Assembly (NCBI RefSeq): GCF_009914755.1
Contig: NC_060925.1
Length of the DNA: 64,000 bases
DNA from: the human T2T-CHM13v2.0 reference genome, Homo sapiens
Strand: one strand, 5' to 3'
The notes beneath the pieces are model-generated. The model saw nothing but the letters and a program-made list of their open reading frames with translations, was not told the origin of the DNA and did no database searches. Within the stretch, counting starts at the first letter, position 1; each line of letters starts with the position of its first letter. The translations under genes and the position numbers were made by a program. Of the stretch, positions 1-13,168 are shown piece after piece.

Positions 1-110
1 TTAAATCAAAATGATTACATAAAACATTTAACATAGTACTTAGCAGAGCCAAACTAATTAGCAAATGTTAGACAATCTAATTCTTACTGTTATTTTGTGT
101 CATTATTATT
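1..110 (+). mobile_element. MIR 3' end fragment
   Basis: AAAACATTTAACATAGTACTTAGCA...AAATGTTAG followed by ATT-rich tail resembles the MIR 3' end. Confidence 0.45.
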
Positions 111-1859
111 AATGTTGGTTTTTGTTCTACTACCTCTCCTGGCAGGTTCAAACATCCTGGGGTAAGGTTTGGCTAGCAAGAGCATGGTGGCTCTTAGGTA
201 TATCAGGTGGCTCCTCTCCTAGGCAGGACAGGTGGGAGGGACACCAAGAGATTTTCTGTCTTCTCCTTGGCCATAGTTTCTTACATGTGTCAGAACAGGT
301 TAGGTATAAAGCTACACTTACCTGACCAGTCTCAGCAGGAGAAGCAATATATCTGCATTATCTCATGATCTCTCACATAGAAATCCTTGAATGTAATATA
401 TTTATACAACATTCCCCCAAATGTTTTCTTTTTACATACCCAAAGCAGGTTTGCTCAAATGTATTTCAAATTATAGTTGCATTAGAATATAAAAAGAAGC
501 TAGAGGTCTTACGTCATCTAATTTAGATAATATTCCTGCCTCCCAAATTGTGATAAAGACAATGTTTAGAAAACACTTTTTTATAGTGTTTAAAAATAGT
601 TACTATTATTATTTTCAAATTGATTTAGAGATTATGATAGACGAACAATACTGTGAAGATATTAATAAAGATGTGAGGAAAAGGTCAACAGAAAGGCATA
701 TAAATTAATTCAAAACAATGACCATTTTAGGTTTTAAGAGAATTAATAAATTTGGGGGCAAAAGACTGAAAATCTAATAAGTTTACCTGGAAATTAAATG
801 CATTTTGGCACAGTCTTCTTAAATTATCCAAAAAAAAATTATAAGTGTTCTGATCCTTGGGGAAAAAACTTCAAATATTCTAAATATGTTTGGGTAGAGT
901 TTCAAGCAATGGATGGAAGAAAGGCAGAACTGTATGAATATACTCTAAGAAAGTAAAGTTGAGATTTGTGTATCTTATGTGCTTATGTGAACCAACTTGG
1001 CCACAAGCAGGAGACCAGGAGCAAGGACATGAGGAGACAATAGTTACAGGGCTTCTTATCACAATTAGGGCTCAAATAAAAAAATTATAGGCTTCTGAAA
1101 AAGAGAATGCCAAGATCTAAATGATAGTTCAGGTGTCTGGGTTTTTTTTTTTACTACTTATATGGAGAATGATTTGCACATGGTGAAAGGCTACAGGAAG
1201 GCAATAATTAAATTGTATTCAGATGAAAAAAGCAGAAGTCAGAACCCAAAGAAGCCAAGGTGCAATATTAATGTTTTAGCCTTCTTATGTGTTCTTTAAA
1301 AGAGAAGTGAAAGACATGTTATTTTCAGATAACGAAATTGGGACATGTTAACAGCTTCAATAGGAGTAGAAAAACAATACAGTGATTCCTATACAATTAG
1401 CACATAAACCAACATATTGTAATTAGATTCAGCATATAAATTAATCAACAAAACATTAATTAAAATAATTAAGCAAAGCAAATGGAAGAGCGCGTTGACA
1501 AAATCCACTGCTCTTTTTTTCTTTTTGGTCCTCCATGCCACTTGATACAAAGCCAGTCAGTTTTTACACTGAATCTCTCTATACCTTCCTTCAAACTTGG
1601 GAAGATATCAAGACTTTTGTTCAGTGTAAGATGGTGATTTTCATTAGACTTAGAGAAAATATGTTCCAAATTTAACAGCAACATCGTTTCTAATGGCCCA
1701 GGCTCACCTACCCCAGGTCGAGAGAACAGGCCATGTGAGAAAATATTGCTGATATTTTTATCAAGAAGCAAGTAGGAGATTAGGATACTGAGGGAAAGAG
1801 ATGGAGTGCTGCAAAGACAAAGAGAAAGGGAGAATTTCCCAGGAGAGTAGAACCAACAC

Positions 1860-2246
1860 ATTTACAAATAAAAACAATCCAGACGTATAGGAAGAGACTT
1901 TATTCAGGAGAAAAACTATTGCAATAGAGAGAAAAAGCCATTCTCAGATATCTGCAAGCATCTCAAAATCAACAGAAAAAAAAATTCCTCTTTTATAGAG
2001 TAAGAAAGGCAAGCAAAGATATGCTGAATCATATAAAGGGAAGTTAGAGAAGCCAATGGAAATGAACCATTGGATCTGACAGGAAAGTGTCTTGCCAGTT
2101 CCCAGTTGAAGCAGAAAAGGGGGGCTCATTCCACTTTTTAGTGCTTGCTTAGGCTTAAAGGCAAGCAGGGTTCAGAAGCTTTTAAGAAAGAGAGTAGCCT
2201 TACTCTAGTTTAGTCAAAACAAAGCCATGGTAAGACATTGGCAACA
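1860..2246 (-). mobile_element. Old ERV1-class solo LTR (MER4-group-like, subfamily uncertain)
   Basis: Minus-strand TATAAAA (1991-1997) about 90 bp upstream of AATAAA (1899-1904); GACTTTATTC...CTATTGCAATAG...TCTGCAAGCATCTCAAAATC resembles MER4-group LTRs; boundaries approximate. Confidence 0.45.
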
Positions 2247-2799
2247 GTAAACATTTGGTCAGAATTATGCCAGCAGACTAAGATACATAATTGAGTGGGA
2301 GGCTGTATGCAAAATTTATAGGGAAGATAGGATTAAGTAAACTAGTGCAGAAATTATGAATTGTTACAGAACTAGAAATATGAGATGATGGAGGCCATGT
2401 GTCAGTAATAATTGGCACCAGGACCTAAAATTGTCACCCAGTCCCTCAATCATAATGTGCCAAATCCCCTGCATAGTTAGGGAGAGTTACCCAGCAAATC
2501 AAAGAGGAGCTAGGTGCAATAGAAGAAGCTTCTTATTGGAGCAGAATGAGAAATAGAACAAAATCCTCAGAAAATAAAAACAAACAAACAAATGTATATT
2601 CATAATATCGTTCTATTATTTGAAATTTTTATTCAATATCACAATGTAATAAACAGTTTTAATTGAAAATTAGGCTATCTGAAATATCATCTGACAAAAG
2701 CTTTTCTAAAAATTGAATTATGATTGTTGTGACTTATTCGAGAGGCCTGATTATCAATTTATGTTTACAAAGATGGAGATATATTCACAATGATAGTAA

Positions 2800-3075
2800 T
2801 GATGGCTAATATTTACTGGGTATTCTCTACGTGCCCAACACTGAGCTTATGCGTTTCATACATTGTAACATGTAATCCGCTGAATAACCTGATGAATATG
2901 TATTAGTAGTAGTATTACCATTTTGCAGGTAATGATAAACTTTACTGAAATCCAATGAGGTAAGTAAATGAGGCTCTGAACATTTACATAATTACTGAAT
3001 GTCACATAGCTCCTAAGTGCAGCACCAGAACCTGAATCCAGATGTTTCGGGTTCTAGAAGCCATGCTCTTTCCCC
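2800..3075 (-). mobile_element. MIR (MIRb-like)
   Basis: GCTAATATTTACTGGG...CCATTTTGCAGGT...GTCACATAGC...CCTGAATCCAG...CTAGAAGCCATGCTCTT matches the reverse MIR core. Confidence 0.7.
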
Positions 3076-3619
3076 CTAATCTACACTGTATAAAAGATGC
3101 AGTTACACTCCAGTGAATTTGTTTGCATTAGCTGATGTTCTGCCTTTTTCTGACCATGGGTATTTCTTCACATATACATACATTTGGACTGAACATGTAT
3201 ATTTAATACATTCAGTTCATTCCCACTGGACTCTTTGGGGGTCTGTCCGCCTTTTTGGTGGGAATCATCCTATCTTATAATCCCTCAACTCTGATATAAT
3301 CTTTGTACTATGTTGTCTCTCACTTGTTAATGGGTTCTTGAAGTTTGCAATTGGTAAGTCTTCTTTGTCAACTTAGTATCACAAAATTTGAGAGCAATTG
3401 CAATAGTATCCTTGACATTTCCAAAGGATTCAACTATAACATTAATAGGTAATATTTATATTATGAAATTGCACAAGTTTTACAAGCCAGTCAACATGTA
3501 TAAGAGAAACAATGTCTAATGCATAGAATTCTTCACTATGCATGCTAATATAATGACTGTCATGCTTCAGTTCTACTAAATTACTTAAAGATCTGGGAAC
3601 TGGGGAAAGAAAGGGGAAA

Positions 3620-3840
3620 ACTAACTAACATCTACTGAGACGAAACTATGTGCCAGCCATTTCAGATATATGATTTAATTTAATTTTATCACATATCATA
3701 TAATTTAAGCATTACAGCTCCTCTTCCTAATAAGGAAACCAAAATTCAGGGGTTAAACAACTTTCTCAAGTAAATACGTTCGTAAAACTGAGACTTTAAG
3801 TTAAATTTCTATGACTCTAAGCCTATAACTTTCTCATCTC
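3620..3840 (-). mobile_element. MIR fragment
   Basis: CTAACATCTACTGAG...TATGTGCCAG...AAGGAAACCAAAATTCAG...TGACTCTAAGCC. Confidence 0.55.
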
Positions 3841-4004
3841 ACAGCCGCTACATTCAGTCATCCAGTGACCTCAGCAACTTTTCAGTTGAAGATTCTGCAT
3901 CACCAGATAACAGAACAAACTCAAGAGCTTATCAACATGTATTTCTAAATTAATTTATTTAAGCTGCAAGGTTTTATTCTACCTATTTTTCATGAGCATT
4001 CAGC

Positions 4005-4290
4005 TATTATTAAGCTAAGCATTAAAGAAACTTGCAAAAATGTAAAACAATGCCACCCTTCTCACTAGCTTTTGTTTGTTTTGGAAAATCTAGTTGTTAT
4101 TCACACAATATGCTATATATGTTAACACATAATAGATTTATTGTTATTTTTAATGAATTAATATTTCAATTACCAGTTTTAATTTCTAATGGGGAAAATA
4201 TCTATAAATATGACCCACGTAAACAAAAACTCTGGTATTCTTTGTAATTTAGAGTATAAAGGAATCCTGATACTAAAAACTTTAGAGTGT
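4005..4290 (+). mobile_element. hAT-Charlie DNA transposon terminal fragment (Charlie1-like)
   Basis: ATTAAAGAAACTTGCAAAAATGTAAAACAATGCCAC...GGAATCCTGATACTAAAAACTTT resembles the Charlie1 terminus. Confidence 0.65.
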
Positions 4291-4959
4291 TTTTCTAAGC
4301 CAGTATTAGTGTTTTTTTAAATATCTACATTTTCTAAAACCTACAACCCCACTTAGAGTAATCAACCAAATTCGAGGGGCTAAGTCTTTCAGTAATTATT
4401 AGTTTTATATTTATCTTGTATTTACAACTTCTATGGTCTGCTTTGTTCCCAGTAAGCACAAAACACCTGCTTAACAAATAAATTGCATTATTTAATACTC
4501 TGATCTCCAGGCTCAGTTATACTATTAGGAAGCAGTGTGTCCAGTAGACACAGCAACATGTTCCTGAAAATGCAGGAGAGTAAGGCCCAATTTGACATTA
4601 TGTTATATTTCACAGAATTCTTTTAAATAATGAACATGGCTCATTCTTTTCATTAAGAAATTCCGTACTATTATTAGACATAAGGTACTATTGTTAGGCA
4701 CTGGGGAGTCAGAATTGAATATTATTGATACAGCTCCTGTAGTCTTTGGAGCTTTGGTTGTGTGGGAAGATAGCCACTAAACAATGAATTGCACAATTAA
4801 TCACTGAATTATAATTTACAATAAGAGTTACAAGAGACTTATAAAATATTATAAAATCCTACAAAGCATATTGAAATAAACATATTGTCAAATGCCTGCC
4901 TCCATAAGTCAGAAAAAGGGCTTAGGCTAGCTTCTTCCTGTTTAAAATAAGGAGGGGAG

Positions 4960-5187
4960 TGTCACTGACCTGTACTTATTCTGTGTATCACTTACCAAAT
5001 TTCTGTTCATATAATTATTGGCTCAATAATTATTTGAGCAATGTTTATTTTCTCCATTTTTCTATATGTTCCATAAGATAAATTTATATTTTGTTCACAG
5101 CAGAACTCCCTGAACTAGCAAAGCACATGATACATCATGAAACATGGTAGGTGCTTAATAATACATTTGTTGAGTAAATAAATGAAT
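4960..5187 (+). mobile_element. L2 3' end
   Basis: TTGTTCACAGCAG...CATGGTAGGTGCTTAATAATACATTTGTTGAGTAAATAAATGAAT is a typical L2 3' terminus. Confidence 0.65.
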
Positions 5188-5577
5188 ACCACATCTATCC
5201 AGAAGGTTTGGTAGAGCTTCCTTCCTCCTAGATCCACATATTTACTGAACTGTTTTATGTATATAAAATTGATATTCCAAAAGAATTTTTTAAAAAGTCT
5301 GAGGATTTTTCAACTTCAATTACTTTCTGGTAAGCAAGAGTGTGACAATATACTAATGTGACAAGATACACACATTTAAGAAAATGTAGTCTCCTAAGTG
5401 TTAGCATCTGCCAGTGAACAAAGCAAAAAAGAAAGAAAGGTCCTGACCTCATGAAGTTTACATGTTTGCACAGTCATACAAAGACAAACTGAATTTATAG
5501 TCATACACAGTTAAAGCTGCAATGTATTTGAAGAGATTAAGTAAATCATGTTTAACAGATAAGTTGGTTAAAGGAAT

Positions 5578-5961
5578 ATATTATTCTACTTGGAATGTTG
5601 TAACAAAATACTACAGACCAGGTGGCTTGAACAGCAGCCATTTATTTCTCACAGTTCTAGAGGCTGGGAAGTCCAAGATCAAGGTGCTGGTCAATTTGCT
5701 TCCTGATGAGGGCCCTTTTCCTGGCTTGTAGACAGCCACCTTCTGCCACCTTCTTGCTGTGTCTTCACATGGCAGAGAAAACTATTTGTCTCTTTTCCTA
5801 TTCTTATAAAGTCACTATTCCTACCATGAGGGACCCTCTCTCATGACCTCATCTAATCCTACTTACCTCCCAAAGACCCCAGCTCCAAAAAAAACAAAAA
5901 TCATTATGAGTATTATGCCTTCAATATGAGAATATTAGGGGACAAAATCCATTGCATAGCA
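5578..5961 (-). mobile_element. MaLR solo LTR (MLT1A/MLT1A0-like)
   Basis: TAACAAAATACTACAGACCAGGTGGCTT...TTTATTTCTCACAGTTCTAGAGGCTGGGAAGTCCAAGATCAAGG...CATAGCA. Confidence 0.8.
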
Positions 5962-6794
5962 AGAAATAAAGGACAGAATTTATTCTGTAAGATAAAAGGG
6001 GAAAATTAATGCAGCTTGTCTGGGATAGAACCCTGGACTTATGGGTATATAGTCACAGATGCAAACACTTAGAAATAGACATTGAGTGAGCAAGGAGCCA
6101 TTGTGATCATCTTTGAGCCTAGGCTGGGAAGAAAGTTGAATATACAAGTGAAATATGAAATTAATTTAATAAATATTTAAATTTATAAAATATTAAGAGT
6201 CTGACAAATTGCTGTCTAAGGAATCTAATATTGGGGACATTGAAATGTATATCTTTTCTCCAACTAAAATGCAGCAAACCACACACTACTGACAGAAGAA
6301 TATAAAGAATGATCCATTTTGCCCATTTCTATTTCAAGCTTCTGTGAATGAACTTAATGTCAAATAGGTATGAGTAGAAATCTCAAAGGGTGAAAGATAC
6401 AGCTGTTTCTAGAAGCTAACAATTTGAAGGATTAATCTATTACTTGCTGAAACTGAACTTTCTTTTCCAATTAGTCAGACTTTTAACATCCAGGCAAAAC
6501 ATTCCATTTCCCTGAATAAAACAAAGTAAATGAAAAAAAAAATGTTAGCACTCATTAGCAAATGCTCAAAAGATTTTCTGCCTTCTTTGAAGGGAAAAAT
6601 AATGTCCTTGATTTTGAGTGATTTTGCTGTGATCTCATCAGTAGTTTGAATACAGGCTCTAATTAAAGACATAGTATCATATATTTGAAATCATAATCTC
6701 ATTAAAGAATAGTATAAAACTGATTAATATTTTTTAAAGTGAATAAAAATTTTAACCTTCCAATAATAGTTTTATATTAAAAAGTATTAAAGGT

Positions 6795-6935
6795 AATATA
6801 AGAGTTTAGATAATATACAGATTATATATTTATGTGTATACAAAAATATACATTATATATGTATATGCTATATCTATATTATATATAAGGAGAAAGACAG
6901 ATGTGTACACACATACACATATATATAACACATCC
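6795..6935. repeat. TA/CA-rich low-complexity microsatellite
   Basis: Degenerate (TA)n and (CA)n. Confidence 0.6.
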
Positions 6936-8430
6936 ATAGAAAATAAGCTAGTAACGAGGTACTACTATCTTGTACAAAGAGTACTTTATTGTCTACGATT
7001 CCTCAGTAAGACCATTGACATTAAGGTTGAAGTGCAAGTGTTGCTAAAAAAATATCATTAAGGAACCTATATGTTGCTATTAATTAATGATAAGTGAGAA
7101 GTGCTGAGCTGATTCTTCTGCTGCCTTTTTTTTGGTGAGCTGATTTCGTAAATCAGGAAGACTAGTGAATGAAGCTTATAGGACTTCAATGACAGATCAA
7201 TCTAAAGGGAAAAAAAAGCTAAGAATGTGAAAGTCACAGGCTAGGGGACATTTGCAGTGGGCCTGACTCTTAACATGGCTACCAACTCCCTGAATCACAG
7301 TGTATCATTGCAAACCCCTGTTGGCTCCAAGAAGGAGTCTGCTTTTAGTTTAAACATGAAGTCAAAAGTGTCTGGGAATGGTGGCACTGGTAGCTTTATG
7401 TTTTTGAGTGGCCTTTATGTTTTTAAGCAGCCATCTCAGGATGCCAGCTATTGCTCAAAGAAAAGAATCCAACCCCCAGGAGAAAGAATGTAAAATAAGA
7501 CAGTCAGGAAAATTGGTCTTCCCAAAATAGGTTGGAATTCCAATCCTGAGATCCAGCTCTAAAGGGACGAATAGGTATATACTTTAAAAAACAAAACCAA
7601 CCTCTTTTGTAAGGGATGAACAAACACAGTGGATGTTCCTGGTGAAAGCTGTGATTTGATAGGCAATGGGAATTTAGGACTTACTCCAGTACCACCAGAT
7701 ATGAGGCTATAGCATAGCATACCATATCCAAGAGGTCACTCGCGATTATGTTTGAAACATCTAATAGATGACCAAGCTTGTCATGTATCAGGACTGACTT
7801 GACTGAAGGACTGAATGGAGCTGAAGACATGAATTTAACTTTATCAATGCCTAATTTTGTCCTAGCCCACAAAACTAACTCAGGACTATTTTCAAGTAAG
7901 GAAACAGAAATTAGTAAATGCTAAGTGAAGAATTTTCTTTTGGCAAATAAACAGCCAAAACAGAAGCAACTGGGGAAGAAAAGAAAATCAGAGGACACAA
8001 CTCAAGACAGATAGTGGCATAAGGAGGACAAATGCAAACAGCCAGCAAGAGAAGAATCAGTTGATCAAGATAAAAGTAGAAACCAGAGAAAAACTGGAGA
8101 AGCAAAGAGACTTTATTAGAGAGGCAACACATTTTATGGGAAAAGAACAGAGGTTGATGATGACATTGTGAGATAGAGGTGAAGAGCAGAGAAACAGAAG
8201 AAGAACAAGAGAGAAGGGAAAAGAGAAAGAAGTAGACTGAAAAACCATGTAAATCTACCTTGGGTTGATGAATTTTAACTGACTTCCTGTAAGTGAAACA
8301 ATTAATGATCTGAACAAATTTCTACATGTAAAGGCTTTCATATACCTAATTTTTACATGCATAGAAATAGTCAATACATTTATTTCATAAGTCTGCACAC
8401 AGTGGTATTAAGTATGTTATCAAGAAAATA

Positions 8431-9580
8431 AAGGCATATCTCAGAAATATTGCAGATTGAATTCTAGACCATATCAAGAAAACAAATATCACAATAAAGT
8501 GATTCACACTAAATTTTTAGTTTCCCAGTGCATATAAAACTTATGCTTACACCATACTGTAGTCTACGTGTATAATAGCATTATATCTTTAAAAATGTGC
8601 ATGCCTCAATTTTAAAAGATCTCATTGCTAAAAATAAATGCTAATTATCATCTGAGCCTTCAGCAGTCATACTATTTTGCTGGTGGAAGGTCTTACTTCG
8701 ATGTTGATGGCTGCTGACCGATCAGGGTGGTGATCGCTGAAGGTTGGGGTGACTGTGGTAATTTCTTAAAATAAAGTAACTATGAAGTTCGCCACATCAA
8801 TTGACTCTTCCTTTCTTGAATGATTTATATGTAGCATTTGTGTTGTTTGACAGCATTTTATGCAAAACCGAAGTAGAATTTCTTTCAAAATTTGAGTCAT
8901 TCTTCTCAAACCCTGACACTGCTTTATCAACTAAGTTTATGTTACATTCTAAATTCTTTGTTGATGTTTCGACAATGTTCACAACATATTCACCAGGAGT
9001 AGATTTCATCTTAAGAAAACACTTTATTTGCTCATTCATAAGAAGTGAGTCTTCATTCATTCAATTTTTATCACGAGATTGCAGCAATTCAGTTGCAGCT
9101 TCAGGCTCCGCTTCTAATTCTAGTTCTCTTGTTCTTTCTACCACACCTACAATTACTTCCTTTCACTTGAACACTTAGAGGCCATTGTAGAGTTATTATT
9201 TGGTCTAATTTCAATATTGTTCTGTCTCAGGGAAAGGGAAGTTTGAGGAGAGGGAGAGAGACAGGGGATGGTCCAGTGGTGGAGCAGTCAGAACACACAC
9301 AACTTTTACCAATTAAGTTCATTGTCTTATATGGACATGGTTCATGGTGTCTCAAAACAATTACCATAATGACATCAAATATCACTGCTCATATGTCTCC
9401 ATAATATACATAATAGCAATGAAAATGTCGGAAATAATTGTGAGAACTACCAAAGTGTGATGCAGAGACACTAAGTGAGCACATACTGCTGGGAAAACTT
9501 GCTCAATGCAGCGTTGGCATAAACCTACAGTTTGTAAAGAATGCAGTATCTCCAAAGTGCAATAAAATGAGATATGCCTG
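8431..9580 (-). mobile_element. Tigger1 DNA transposon, internally deleted (about 1.15 kb)
   Basis: TIRs AAGGCATATCTC (8431) and GAGATATGCCTG (9580); TA on the left, CA on the right; transposase C-terminal remnant ORF 8797-9060 ([12 protein letters not shown]...[21 protein letters not shown]). Confidence 0.9.
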
Positions 9581-9769
9581 CAATCCAATATAAAACTAAG
9601 AGCAGGTTGAAGATTATAACAAAATACCTGCTTGTTATCATGCAGGTATTTTAATTTCATTCTTAGAGTAGTGCCTGGTAACTCTTTTATTGTTTTTCTA
9701 AAATTAGGTTACATAGTAGTACTTCTTGTGTTTGTGGTACTTCAAGCTTTAATAGCTTTATAGGAGGTA

Positions 9770-9771
<2 letters not shown>

Positions 9772-9818
<47 letters not shown>
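9772..9818. repeat. (TG)21 microsatellite followed by CGCGC
   Basis: Read directly from the sequence. Confidence 0.98.
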
Positions 9819-11164
9819 TCCAATTATGGTCAGTACTTTATAACAATATTGTTTTATGAAAATAAACATGTTTATAAAAAATTTTATGTGGATTTTGAAC
9901 ATAAACATAATACTTCAAAGAAATTTATGCTCAAGCAGACAATACTAATCAGATCAAACATCCCCCCTCCATGATATACTTTAGAAGAAGATGTGGAATT
10001 ATAATTGGGTCTGCTTACTAAATGGAGAAAGAAAATATCATAATTCCCTAAAATTATACAAAATGATTAATATTCTCTTAATTTTAGCTTTTATAATGTG
10101 GACAGACAATAGGTAATTAAAAGCTGAAGATAAGATCAAAGTTTCTTTCTAGTAAGGTTATCTTCATTGTTATCAAGCCATTGAGTGGTACTGACAGTTG
10201 ACTGCAAAATTGACTAGTTTTATTCCACCTTCTTTTATCTACACCCTCTTACCCCCAGGAAAATCCTCTTCTAGAGAACAAAATATTGATATAGCCCAAG
10301 AAAGAAAAAGCCAAGCATGTAAAGAATGGTCACTGGTCCTTCAAAAAAAAGAAAGTATCTAGTTTGGCTGGGGGAGGGTATCCTATGTGGATTGATGTTC
10401 CCTTGACAAGTTATAATGTTTTCAGCGTAGAACATATGGCTCAGAAATTTCTTACTGCTTCTAGGTTTCTCCTGTTTCAATCAGAAATAAAACTTATTAC
10501 GAAGACAAGTTTACTCTTCTAATATTAATGGCTTTTGAGATGCTCATATGATTGGGATATAAATAGAGTTTGTAAGATTGGTGAGATAACCAATAATAAT
10601 ACCTAGGAAACAAATTAGGAGTATAAATTGTTGACTAAAAATAACTGCTTCGTAGGGACCCAATCGCACAGTGAGTGGGAATGAGTAAGGCACAGCCTCC
10701 GGGGAATAAAGAACTTTCTGAGATGAATTACAAGCAATAAAAGAAGAAAACCACACTCTTAACTGATGAATAGAAATCCCTGAGGAGAAAAGTGTTCATT
10801 TGTACTTTCCTTCTTTAGTGTGGCTTATTTCTAAGACATTGATTTTATTGTGTGAGATGCTTCTTCTCTCCTCAGATTGGTCTAGATGGAGAAGACAGCC
10901 ATATAATTGTGATTGTTTTAACTGAGTTTTACTAAAGGTTTCAACATTTAATCAGTTTTTACATCCTTTAATTGATATATTATTTATAGTCAAAGCTGTT
11001 AAAAAAATGTATAAAATATACTGAAATAAAAAAGAGAACTTTTCCTCCCCTGCCCCTTCTCATTTACACGGCAATGACTAGCATCTTAATCACCTTGAGA
11101 CATTTTTCTCCCTTCCTCATTGTATTTCTTTCTATTAAACTTATCACCATCTGACATACCATGT

Positions 11165-11714
11165 GTGTGGGGTAAGTGTAATTCCAAGATGACCTCCAGT
11201 GAATTACACCCAGAAATTAAACCCCTATTTTAAGTCTAGGCAGGACATGTGTCTTGCTTCTAGATAACAGTGTGTGACAAAGGCGATGGGATAGCACTCC
11301 TTTGATTAGGTTATGCTTATAAAACTCCTTGTTAGCTGACTGGAGCAAGAGCTTCTCCTGATGGCCTGAAGAAAGAGGCTGCCAGGTTGTAAGAGACTGT
11401 GACCACATGGAAAAAAACTGTGGGACCCTCCAGCAGCTGAGAGTGGCCCGGATCACGGCCAACAAGACAACGGGAACCTCAGTCTTACAGCTTGAAGCAA
11501 CTGTAGTCTGCCAACAATCACGTGATCTTGGAAGCGAACTCAAGCTCTAGGAAGGAATGCAGCCTGACCAATGCCTTGATTGCAGCTTTGCAGGGAACCC
11601 AGATTAGCCACATCTGGACTCCTGGCATGTGGACACTGTGAGTTAATAAATATTTGCTGTTGTAAATCACCTAGTTTGTGGCAATTTGTTACCCAGCAAT
11701 ACAAAACTAATACA
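11165..11714 (+). mobile_element. MaLR solo LTR (MLT1E/F-like) inserted in an L2 fragment
   Basis: TG start; AATAAA near the 3' end, then TTGCTGTTGTAAATCACCTAGTTTGTGGCAATTTGTTACCCAGCAATACAAAACTAATACA; L2-like sequence on both sides (11050-11160, 11720-11920). Confidence 0.8.
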
Positions 11715-12234
11715 CTATTTGTTTTATCTGTATATCTAAATTTTTATTCTCTATTTCTTGTCCTGGCATCAAAACATACATAGCTTATAAACTCGAGATA
11801 AACAGGATTGTTTTTGTTTTTGTTCTTGTTTGTTTGGCCTGCTTTTCAAACTGCTATGTCTCCAGTGCCTAGAAGATTACTCAGCACCTAGTAGGCTTTC
11901 CATATGTTAAACAAAATTATATTTTTGAAAAGTTCCAAGTTTCCATTAGTGAATCTATCTTACCTTAGAGATACTATAAAACAAAATTTCAGAAAACATA
12001 TTTTTAAAATGAGATTAGAAAATTGCTTTTAAACGAAAGTGTGACATTTAAAAATTATTTAATCATGCATTCAACTGACATATATTAAACACAGAAGAGC
12101 ACAGAGCTGGAGGCAACTTGCTTCTCTTCAGTTTAATAAAGGAGGTAGGTGCATAACCCCAAATTACAGGATGGCAAGGAATTCTCATAATAATGGTATT
12201 AGCAAAGTGCTAAATAAGCAAAGGATGAAAGTAA

Positions 12235-12465
12235 TTACAGCTAGCATTTCTAAGTTGTTGCTATGTCCCATACCCTTCACAAGCACTTTACATTTATTTT
12301 TTCACTTTGTTCTCATTATGGTCCTATGAGCAGTCACTGTTCATGGCTTTGTTTTATAGTTGAAGAAAGACTCAGCCAGTTTAGGTAACCAACCCATGGT
12401 CATAAAGTGACAAAGCTGAGGTTTTGACTCATATCTGCCTAATTCTAGAGCCCAATTATCCTATC
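12235..12465 (-). mobile_element. MIR
   Basis: CAGCTAGCATTTC...GGTAACCAACCCATGGTCA...CTGCCTAATTCTAGAGCCC. Confidence 0.6.
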
Positions 12466-12471
12466 ACTGTA

Positions 12472-12660
12472 TCAATGGCTCTCAAACATTAATGTGAATA
12501 AGCATGACTTGAAGAGTTTGAAAAAGCGATTCTAAAAGACTTGTCTCCAGTGAATCTAGGATGAAGCTCAGAAATATGCTTCTCTCTCCCTTTTCCTTAA
12601 GCAATTATCCAATCACTGCTGATTCAGGAGATCCAACACCACACTTCAAGCTACATGGCA
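12472..12660. mobile_element. MER5-like hAT MITE
   Basis: CAATGGCTCTCAAAC...ACCACACTTCAAG degenerate MER5 termini. Confidence 0.5.
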
Positions 12661-12708
12661 ATGCCCTATAAATCCAGTCCTTGGAAGAAGTAAAAAGGTA
12701 ATTCTTGG

Positions 12709-13010
12709 GGTCAGGTTTGGTGGCTCATACCTGTAATCCCAGCACTTTGAAAGGCTGAGACAGGCAGATCACTTGAGGCCAGGAGTTTGAGAAGAGCCTG
12801 CCCAAAATGGCAAAACCCTATCTCTACTAAAAAGACAAAAATTAGCCGGGCATGGTGGCATGCACCTGTAATCCCAGCTACTTGGGAGGCTGAGGCACTA
12901 GAATTGCTTGAATCCAGGAGGCGGAGGCTGCCGTGAGCCAAGATCATGCCTCTGCACTACAGCCTGGGCAACAGAGCAAGACTCTGTATCAAAAAATAAA
13001 ATAAATAACA
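12709..13010 (+). mobile_element. Alu (old AluS, Sz/Sx1-like), full length
   Basis: Dimeric Alu with A-rich tail; degenerate TSD AAAAAGGTAATTCTT / AAAAAGGGTAACACTT. Confidence 0.95.
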
Positions 13011-13168
13011 AAAAGGGTAACACTTCATTATATATAAAGCAAGAAGTAGAAAATGGAAGCAGATGAACATCTAGGCTGATATCACAACATGCAAGTTTGG
13101 GCATGCAGGGCACATTCCAGAAATTGTAGCTGGGACTTACAGTGGGCATGGCAGTATTAGAGAGATTG

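Noticed and set aside
1469-1861. 130-aa minus-strand ORF
   Set aside because: Non-ATG start, low-complexity N-terminus, no recognisable homology or convincing splice context.
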